A stretch of DNA of 64,000 nucleotides from assembly GCA_951812955.1 (NCBI GenBank), contig OX638340.1, forward strand, positions 2,560,001 to 2,624,000. The letters are read 5' to 3'. This stretch comes from an uncultured Gemmatimonadota bacterium (lineage in GTDB: Bacteria; JAAXHH01). The notes under the pieces were generated by a model that ran no database searches, was not told where the DNA came from, and saw nothing but the letters and a program-made list of their open reading frames with translations. This document shows positions 49,604-57,047 of the stretch, one piece after another (the first letter of the stretch is position 1; each line of letters opens with the position of its first letter). Made by a program: the position numbers and the translations under genes.

Positions 49604-50026
49604 AGAACACCCCCTGCTATGAAAACAGCTTATCCCTCAGTAGCGTCGAACCAGGGCTTGATTTCGATAAGCTGGCCGCTGCCGATCCGGAGCGTGGCCG
49701 GGTCGGCGTATGCCGGCAGGGGAGTGTTGCTTACGGGCGAGGAAGGTATGGCACCCGTGTTTTTCGAACCGTTCCGCCGCGGTGGTGTTTATGTGCGTGT
49801 TCCCGACGAGCTGCCGTCGAGCGTCTCCAGAGTTGTCCGCTCAGAAATACCTTAGACCTTTCAGCGTCGAGTAAATACATGCACGTTTCCGCGAATCTCA
49901 ATCTGTATTTGAACAGAACCGGATACCACCTGTTTGCCTGGAACGGAGTCGGCCATATGTTGTGCTTGCCATATTGTTTTCCAAGGCGCCCGGACTTCCT
50001 CGGGAGCGCCCCCACCCTGCCTATCG

Positions 50027-50067
50027 AGTTACTAAATCAGGTCGTACAGTTACCAAATCAGGTCATG
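50027..50067. repeat. direct repeat gttac(t/c)aaatcaggtc x2 within the 580-bp rny-ccmF intergenic region
   Basis: Direct reading; the surrounding region is less GC-rich than its flanks. Confidence 0.8.
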
Positions 50068-50181
50068 CATTGTTAAAACACCGGTGCATGATCCGGGTTA
50101 GAGCGTTGCGACATTCGACGCGGATAATTCGACTGACCCTGATGGTTGTGGGTGCCGCGTCCATGATACACACATGGTCTT

Positions 50182-52191
50182 TCAAGCGATCGAATCCCGG
50201 GTCCCGGGCACTTGCGTGCGAGGTTCGCCACGCCCATCTCGAATGCCGGTTTTCCTTCCGAATCGATCCGGGAGCAAGAGGATAATCGTCCCCAGCATGA
50301 GCAGCGCCGTACCGATCCAGACCCAGTTTACTAATGGATTAATGTAGACCTTAAATGTAGCTACGTCAAGCGTTTCGTTCAGTTCGGCGAGGACCACGTA
50401 CAGGTCTTCATTCAGCGTCGACCAGATGGACACTTCCGATGTCACCTGGTCCTGAATGGGGTAGATACGTTTCTCCGGAGCCATCATGACGACGGGCTCG
50501 CCATCCACGGAAAGTCGAAGCAGGCCGGCGTAGGACACGTACTCGCCCATGTTGGTCTCGGTGAGGGAATCGAAGTCCAGCGTGTAGTTCTTGATCTGGA
50601 ACGACTCGCCCTCCCGGACCGCGAAGTTCTCTTCCCGGTCGAAGGCGGCCCCGGTAAATCCCACGAACAGAAGTACGATTGAGATATGAACGACGTAACC
50701 GCCGTACCGGCGCTTGTAGCCCATGACCAGGCGGTAGAAAGCCGCGGGGTAGGATTCATCGTTCGTCGAACGGCGTGCGCGGACGCCGCGGTAGAACTCC
50801 AGTCCGATGGCCCCTACGACGAAGGCGCACATGCTGAAGGAAAGCAGGGCGTAGACGTGCCGGATGCCGATAGCGAACAGGATGCCGGCCACGGCGAGGA
50901 AGCAGGCAACGGGTACGGTGAAGTGCCGTTTCAGGCTTTGCACGGACGTCTTGCGCCAGGCGAACAGGGGCCCCGCTCCAGTAAGGAAGAGGAGGAAGAT
51001 GCCCAGCGGTATGTTGATCTGGTTGAAGTACGGTGCGCTCACCGTAATCTTTTCGCCGCTGACCGCTTCGGAAAGCACGGGGAAGATCGTTCCCCAGAGG
51101 ATGGCGAAACATATGCCCACGAGCGCCAGGTTATTCAGCAGGAAGCTGCTTTCCCGCGAGACGAAAGAGTCGAGTTCGTTGCGGGCCTTCAAGGCGCGGC
51201 GCCGGCTGATCAGCAGGCCGAAGGACAGTACCATCGAGACGATGACGAAACCCATGAACATGGGTCCGATGCCCGAAGTGGTGAAGGAATGCACTGAGGA
51301 AACGACACCGCTTCGCGTGAGAAAGGTACCGAAGTAGACCAGGCCGAAGGTCAGGATGATCAGCGTGAAGTTCCAGATCTTCAGCATGCCCTTCTTCTCC
51401 TGGATCATCACGGAGTGGAGAAAGGCGGTGATGGTCAGCCAGGGCATGAGTGCCGCGTTCTCCACGGGATCCCAGGCCCAGTATCCGCCCCATCCCAGTT
51501 CAACGTAAGCCCACCGGCCGCCCAGTATCAGGCCGAACCCCAGGAAGAACCACGCGTAAAGGGTCCATCTGCGGATCGTCCGGATCCAGGTGTCCCCCAG
51601 TTCGCCGGTCATCAGCGCGGCCATGGCAAAGGCGAAGGGAACCACGGTCCCCACGTACCCCTGGTAGAGTATGGGCGGGTGAATGATCATCAGCGGCATC
51701 TGCAGCACCGGGTTCAGGCCACGGCCTTCGCTGGGCACGAAGGGCAGCAGCTCGAAGGGGTTGGCCACGAAAATGAGCAGGGCGATGAAGAACAGGACCA
51801 CCGACATCATCACCGCATGAACGTACGGGATCAGCGTCTGGTTGCGGTCCCGGTTGGTCAGGTGCACCAGCAGCGCGAAGAGGCCCAGGGTCCATACCCA
51901 CAGGAGCAGGGACCCACTCTGACCGGCCCACAGCGCGGTGATGCGGTAGAATTCGGGCAGGGTGCTGCTGGTGTAGGAGGCGACGTATTCCACCTGGAAG
52001 TTGCCGGTGTACAAATGGTACACCAGCACGACGGAAGCCAGCGTCAGCAGGCCGAAAGTGGCGATGACGCCGTGGGCGCCGCTGGCGATCATCTGCGGGT
52101 TCCGCGCCCGGGCGCCGACCACGCTGGTCACGCCGCCGTAGGTCGCCGTCATGAAGGCGAGCAGCAGGCTGAAGTATCCGATTTCGTTCAT
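50182..52191 (-). CDS. ccmF: cytochrome c-type biogenesis heme lyase CcmF/NrfE family
   Basis: WAYVELGWGGYWAWDPVENAALMPWL tryptophan-rich WWD-type motif, about 15 TM helices; 669 aa. Confidence 0.85.
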   Translation of the reverse strand: MNEIGYFSLLLAFMTATYGGVTSVVGARARNPQMIASGAHGVIATFGLLTLASVVLVYHLYTGNFQVEYVASYTSSTLPEFYRITALWAGQSGSLLLWVWTLGLFALLVHLTNRDRNQTLIPYVHAVMMSVVLFFIALLIFVANPFELLPFVPSEGRGLNPVLQMPLMIIHPPILYQGYVGTVVPFAFAMAALMTGELGDTWIRTIRRWTLYAWFFLGFGLILGGRWAYVELGWGGYWAWDPVENAALMPWLTITAFLHSVMIQEKKGMLKIWNFTLIILTFGLVYFGTFLTRSGVVSSVHSFTTSGIGPMFMGFVIVSMVLSFGLLISRRRALKARNELDSFVSRESSFLLNNLALVGICFAILWGTIFPVLSEAVSGEKITVSAPYFNQINIPLGIFLLFLTGAGPLFAWRKTSVQSLKRHFTVPVACFLAVAGILFAIGIRHVYALLSFSMCAFVVGAIGLEFYRGVRARRSTNDESYPAAFYRLVMGYKRRYGGYVVHISIVLLFVGFTGAAFDREENFAVREGESFQIKNYTLDFDSLTETNMGEYVSYAGLLRLSVDGEPVVMMAPEKRIYPIQDQVTSEVSIWSTLNEDLYVVLAELNETLDVATFKVYINPLVNWVWIGTALLMLGTIILLLPDRFGRKTGIRDGRGEPRTQVPGTRDSIA

Positions 52192-52248
52192 TTTTGGACT
52201 CGGATCGTCTGTGTGTTCGGTCTCTTGCTATGCCGCGAACCGCGGCGT

Positions 52249-52330
52249 CCATTGGACTGAGGCGGCCGACCATAGCCCCCCGGCGGCCATCCATAGCCCC
52301 CCGGCGGCCATTGGTCTGAGGCGAATGGCC
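52249..52330. repeat. nested repeat between ccmF and rpiA: ccattggactgaggcg - catagccccccggcggccat x2 - ccattggtctgaggcg
   Basis: Direct reading. Confidence 0.85.
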
Positions 52331-52339
52331 TTACCGACT

Positions 52340-53050
52340 TCAGCTCCTTCGATCCACTTCGATTCGTCCCTCGCCGGAGATGCTCCCGATCAGAACTTCG
52401 GTGGCCAGTCCGACGAAAAGACCGTTTTCCAGGATGCCGGGTATGTTGTTGAGCGTGCTTTCCATTCCGACGGGGTCGTCGATACCATCGAATCGGGCGT
52501 CTACGACCATGTTCCCCTGGTCCGTGATGACCGGTCCGTCCTTTTGAGCCGCCATGCGCAGCACGGGTTCCCCGCCCAGCGCTTCGACGGCCCGCAACAC
52601 GGGTCGTACGGCCATGGGAAGGACTTCCAGCGGCACGGGGCACTTCGATCCCAGCCGGTCGACCAGTTTCGATTCGTCCACGATGACGATGAACCGATCG
52701 GCCATGCCGTCCACGATCTTCTCGCGAAGATGGGCGGCCCCGCGGCCCTTTATCAGGTTCATATCGGGATCTACCTCGTCCGCGCCGTCCACGGCGATAT
52801 CGACCCGGTCCACATCGTCCGGCGTGAACGTGGGAATGGCGTTTTTTCGGGCCTGCACCGACGCGTCGAAGGAGGTGGGAATGCCCTGGATTCGAAGGTC
52901 CTCGTCCCGCACGCGCCGTCCCAGTTCCTCGATCATGAACACCGCCGTCGAGCCCGTGCCCAGTCCGACCACGTCCCCGTGCCGGACCATCCGGGCGGCC
53001 TCGACGCCAACGGTTTGCTTCATCTTACGGGTCAGTTCTTCGGATGGCAT
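52340..53050 (-). CDS. rpiA: ribose-5-phosphate isomerase A (start at internal MPSEELTRK)
   Basis: [30 protein letters not shown] catalytic blocks. Confidence 0.85.
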   Translation of the reverse strand: MPSEELTRKMKQTVGVEAARMVRHGDVVGLGTGSTAVFMIEELGRRVRDEDLRIQGIPTSFDASVQARKNAIPTFTPDDVDRVDIAVDGADEVDPDMNLIKGRGAAHLREKIVDGMADRFIVIVDESKLVDRLGSKCPVPLEVLPMAVRPVLRAVEALGGEPVLRMAAQKDGPVITDQGNMVVDARFDGIDDPVGMESTLNNIPGILENGLFVGLATEVLIGSISGEGRIEVDRRS

Positions 53051-53256
53051 GGCCTGGTTCCCGGGATTCGAGCCGCGTGAACGACAGCGTCCCAAGATAA
53101 GCGGGAACGCCGGGTAAAGTCAACTGATTCCCGTTCTCCTGGAGTCGAGTCCGAATGTCGGCTGGCAGGAATGCACGGGATGGGTCGGCTGGTGATACCC
53201 GGCTTTGCAGGAGCCCGTCCGTGATGCTGGACGGGAAACAGGGCGCGGCGCTTCAT

Positions 53257-53796
53257 TCAGTCGGAACTGCGTCGGAAGGCCATCTGGTTACCGCTGGGGA
53301 AGAAGATCGTGAGAAGGTCTTCTTCGATGGTAATGGTGCAGGGCTCGGAAGGCGCGTCCTCGGCGTCCTTCGGTCTCACCTTCATCGACAGGTCGCTGGC
53401 CTCGAAACCTTCGACCGCATGGCCGCCGGAGAGGTTGTACAGGTGCCGGAAGGTCAGTTTGTCGCCGTCCAGGGTGTAGGTTCCCCCTTCTCCCGAACCC
53501 CGCCGGGGTCCTTCGTCGGTGAAGATGAAGAAGAGGACCGACCAGTCCTTTTTGGTGAACGTGATCAGGCCGGTCAATTCGTGGACCGGTCCGGACTTGA
53601 GCCGGTACGTTTCCGGTTGCCAGGAGCCGCGGATATCAAGCGGTCCGGCCGCGGATTGTGCAGGCGTGTTCGCGGTAGCGTTCGTTTCGGCCGCGGATTG
53701 TGCAGGTGTGTTTGCGGCGGCGGTCGTTACGGCGGCGCCCAGTACCAGGAACGCGGCCAGGGAAATAAGTAGACTCCAGCGCATGGTTGTCCTCAC
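53257..53796 (-). CDS. small secreted protein of unknown function with duplicated ANTPAQSAA motif
   Basis: Signal peptide MRWSLLISLAAFLVLGAAVTTAAA; 42-nt tandem duplication at 53647-53730; no recognisable catalytic motif. Confidence 0.4.
   Translation of the reverse strand: MRTTMRWSLLISLAAFLVLGAAVTTAAANTPAQSAAETNATANTPAQSAAGPLDIRGSWQPETYRLKSGPVHELTGLITFTKKDWSVLFFIFTDEGPRRGSGEGGTYTLDGDKLTFRHLYNLSGGHAVEGFEASDLSMKVRPKDAEDAPSEPCTITIEEDLLTIFFPSGNQMAFRRSSD
53647..53730. repeat. 42-nt tandem duplication inside the secreted protein gene
   Basis: ggccgcggattgtgcaggcgtgttcgcggtagcgttcgtttc / ggccgcggattgtgcaggtgtgtttgcggcggcggtcgttac. Confidence 0.85.
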
Positions 53797-54680
53797 GATT
53801 TCCCGGCCAGGTCTATTCCCGACCGATTCAGATAGTCTTCGATGTACGCGAGAAGGTCCGCCTGGGCGTTTCCCTGGTCCTGGAAACGCCTGAGGATCTC
53901 CTCGACCACAGGGCCGAGTTCCAGCGGGACGTCGAGCGTCCTGGCCAGATCGACGCCCAGGTGCATGTCTTTCACGCCCAGGTCAACGGCCGAATACAAC
54001 GGTTTGCCGTCCAGGAACCGTTTCAGGCACCGTTCCATCATCCGGCTCTGGCCCATGCTGGGCCGGATGGCGTCGATCAACGCATGTGGATCGATGCCCG
54101 CCCGCGCGCCGATGGCCATCCCTTCGCACGCGCCGATGAAATTGATGAACATCATGAAATTGTTGACCAGCTTGGTCGCGACGCCGCTGCCGCTGCCTCC
54201 CATGCGGACCACCGTCTTGCCTACGCCGCGCAAGAGGGGTTCGTACCGGTCGAATACGGCCTGCTCGCCTCCGACGAACACGGTCAGGGTGGCGTCCCTG
54301 GCGCCGAAGACGCCGCCACTGATGGGTGCGTCGAGCACGTCGATCCCCCTCGCAGCGCCTTCCCTGGCGATCCGCCGGATGTGTGCCGGATCGCCGGTGC
54401 TCGTGTCGATGTAGACCGCACCGTGGGCAAGTCCTTCGAACACGCCGTCGCCGCCCATGACCACCTCCTCCACGGCGGACGGCCCGGGCAGCGAAGTGAC
54501 GACCGCGTCGGCGTCCGCGGCCGTCTCCCGGGGAGATGCAGCCCACGAAGCTCCGGCGTCCAGCAGGTTGGCGGCCTTATCCTCGCACAGGTCATGGACC
54601 TGCAGGTCGTGCCCTGCCCGCAGCAGGCTCGCGGCCATGGGATTGCCCATGTTGCCCAAGCCGATGAATCCCACGTTCAT
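53793..54680 (-). CDS. NAD(P)-dependent beta-hydroxyacid dehydrogenase (3-hydroxyisobutyrate / 2-hydroxy-3-oxopropionate reductase family)
   Basis: Rossmann N-terminus MNVGFIGLGNMGNPMAASLL, 6-phosphogluconate-dehydrogenase-like NAD-binding and C-terminal helical domains; 295 aa. Confidence 0.8.
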   Translation of the reverse strand: MNVGFIGLGNMGNPMAASLLRAGHDLQVHDLCEDKAANLLDAGASWAASPRETAADADAVVTSLPGPSAVEEVVMGGDGVFEGLAHGAVYIDTSTGDPAHIRRIAREGAARGIDVLDAPISGGVFGARDATLTVFVGGEQAVFDRYEPLLRGVGKTVVRMGGSGSGVATKLVNNFMMFINFIGACEGMAIGARAGIDPHALIDAIRPSMGQSRMMERCLKRFLDGKPLYSAVDLGVKDMHLGVDLARTLDVPLELGPVVEEILRRFQDQGNAQADLLAYIEDYLNRSGIDLAGKS

Positions 54681-54688
54681 GGCCGGTC

Positions 54689-55111
54689 CTAACGTGTTTC
54701 GTCGATGGTGGGGAAATCACCCGGTATGGTGATTTCAATCACTTCAAAGTCGTCCGAGAATTCCATCAGTTCATGCTTGACGCCGGGCGCCTGGTACCAC
54801 GCGTCGCCCGCGTTCACCTCGATCTCGCCCACGTCCTCCAGATCGATGCGCGCCCAGCCTTTGAGCAGGTAGTTCATCTGGAATTCGAGTTCGTGGGAAT
54901 GATAGCCCATGGGACCGTCGCAGGACTGTGCCGCGCGGATGACGTGGGCCATGACCCTGCCTTCCGTCGCGGTCTTCATGCCCAGGTCGCGGTACACGAA
55001 ATAGGGCCGTAGTCCCTTGACCCATTCGGCGCCGTCGGACGGGGCCGCGAAGGATTTGGATGTTTTGTCAGCCATGGTGATGCTCCCTTCGATTGAGGAT
55101 TGCAGATTCAT
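54689..55111 (-). CDS. cupin domain protein
   Basis: 140 aa small beta-barrel with His-containing cupin motifs (YHSHELEF ... GVKHELMEF). Confidence 0.6.
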   Translation of the reverse strand: MNLQSSIEGSITMADKTSKSFAAPSDGAEWVKGLRPYFVYRDLGMKTATEGRVMAHVIRAAQSCDGPMGYHSHELEFQMNYLLKGWARIDLEDVGEIEVNAGDAWYQAPGVKHELMEFSDDFEVIEITIPGDFPTIDETR

Positions 55112-55182
55112 TCAGGTCCATTCGAGTTCATTTCGGGTTCATTGAGGTACATTTCTGGTTGTATGATTCGGAACAGGGATGT

Positions 55183-55971
55183 TCAAGGAATGCCCCTTCT
55201 CCCGCCGCCATCCATGTAGACCGCAGTACCGAAGACGTAAGAACAGGCTTCCGATACCAGGAAAGTCGCCACGTCGGCGATCTCTTCCGGTTCCGCGATG
55301 CGTCCGGCGGGAAGCCCTTCGCCGGCTTCGCGAAGCAGGGCCTCGACGTCGCGGCCCTGCCGGTCGGCCTCCGCCTGCTGCACGTCCCGGGCTCTCTGCG
55401 TGTTCGTCAGCCCGGGACAGATGGCGTTGACCAGGATGCCGTCTCCGGATACGGCGTCGGACAGGGCCCGGGTGCAGTTCAGGACGGCGATGTTGGCCAG
55501 GCTCAACGGGATGTTGACGCGGTCTGGACTCGTTCCCGCGCTGCCGGCGATATGGACGATGCGACCCCACCTGTTCTTCTGCATATACGGGATCACCAGT
55601 TGCGACATCCGCAGGTATCCGTGGGCCTTGAGCGCCATCCCGTCCTCGATCTGCTCAGTGGGCAGCGCCAGGATGTCTCCACCCCGGGCGGCCCCGGCGC
55701 TGTTGATGAGCATGTCGATACCGCCGAAGGTGTCAACAACCTCCTGGACCACCCTTAGGCAATCATCCGGCGAAGTCAGATCGGCCGCGACCGCAAAACC
55801 TTCGCCACCCGCCGCGTTTATGTCGCGGACCGCCTCGTCGAGCAAAGGACGGTTCCGGGCCGTGACGCATACGCGGGCGCCTTCCCGCGCCAGGGCCAGC
55901 GCGCAGCACCTCCCGATGCCCCGGCTTCCGCCGGTGACGATCGCCCTTTTTCCCTGGAGTTTGAGGTCCAT
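55183..55971 (-). CDS. SDR family oxidoreductase (start at MDLKLQGKRAIV)
   Basis: TGGSRGIG cofactor motif, catalytic YxxxK region; ~260 aa. Confidence 0.85.
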   Translation of the reverse strand: MDLKLQGKRAIVTGGSRGIGRCCALALAREGARVCVTARNRPLLDEAVRDINAAGGEGFAVAADLTSPDDCLRVVQEVVDTFGGIDMLINSAGAARGGDILALPTEQIEDGMALKAHGYLRMSQLVIPYMQKNRWGRIVHIAGSAGTSPDRVNIPLSLANIAVLNCTRALSDAVSGDGILVNAICPGLTNTQRARDVQQAEADRQGRDVEALLREAGEGLPAGRIAEPEEIADVATFLVSEACSYVFGTAVYMDGGGRRGIP

Positions 55972-56034
55972 GGTTTCAGCGTCCCGATTGATAGATACGC
56001 GTGGCCGCGGTCCGGTCACAGATATTCGGTTCGA

Positions 56035-57017
56035 TCAAAGTCCAAGCAGCCGGATCGCATTCCCCCCGAGTATGGCGGTCCGGTCGCTCTCCGACAGATC
56101 CATCGCGTTGATGCTCTCGATCATCTTCGGCATGCTCCCGATCTGGTGGGGATAGTCGCTCCCGGCGAGGATTCGGCCGGCGCCCGCGAAGCCCAGGGCG
56201 AAGTGCAGCGCGTCCACGTCGAAGTTCACCGTGTCGTAGTAGAACTGGCTCTTCAGGTAGTCGGTGGGATGGCGCTCCAGGTTGGCGCGGCACTGGGGAA
56301 AGGCCTCGTAGCACCGGTCGAAGCGTTCGGCGAGGTAAGGCACGGCGCCGCCCAGGTGACCCAGTACCCAGCGAATGTTCGGAAACCGCTCCACCACGCC
56401 GCTGAACAGCAGGCTCGCCGTGGCCAGGGTCGTATCCATCAGGAACCCGACCGCGGGCATGAGCATGTAGTCCTTCATGGCCTCCACGCCCAGGGGGAAG
56501 GTGGGATGGATGAAAACGACCATTTCGCGATCGTCCGCCACCTCGTACATGGGCCAGAACCTCGAATCGCTCAGGGCCACGCCGTTGGCGTTGCTGTACA
56601 CACAGGCCCCCTTCAGGCCCAGCGAGCCTACGGCCCGTTCGAGTTCGGCGGCGCAGGCTTTCGCATTGTTAAGCGGAAGGGTGGCCAGTGCGGGGAAACG
56701 GTCGGGATGTTCGCGCTGAATTTCGGCGAAGAGGTCGTTGACCTTGCCGCTCAGCTCGGCGGACCGTTCCGGCGTCTCGATGAGCGTGCCGGGCGCCGTG
56801 AAGGTGATGAGATGGGTGTCGACCCCGGCTTCCGCCATCACTTCCAGGCGCACGTCCATGAGCCGGTGACCAGGTACGAGGATGTTGTAGTCGCCGGGAG
56901 AATGCAGGACCGGATTGCCGTCCTCGTCGTCCGTCACCGTGTAAGCGCTCGGTCCATTCCGGATTTCCTCGACGTAGGCTGGTGGATAGACGTGGTTGTG
57001 AAAGTCTACGATGGGCA
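56035..57017 (-). CDS. amidohydrolase-2 family metal-dependent hydrolase/decarboxylase (ACMSD-like); start moved to MPIVDFHNHVY, so the Arg-rich N-terminal extension of the track ORF is excluded
   Basis: VDFHNHV metal-binding His pair at the N-terminus, further His/Asp ligands (HPTFP, GSDYPH); TIM-barrel length ~327 aa. Confidence 0.75.
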
Positions 57018-57047
57018 TGGGGTGTTCTCCGGTCCGCGCACTCAAGA

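Noticed and set aside
51500-52294. 264-aa ORF overlapping the 5' part of ccmF in another frame.
   Set aside because: Arg/Pro-rich translation with no motifs. ccmF in the other frame carries the heme-lyase tryptophan-rich signature.
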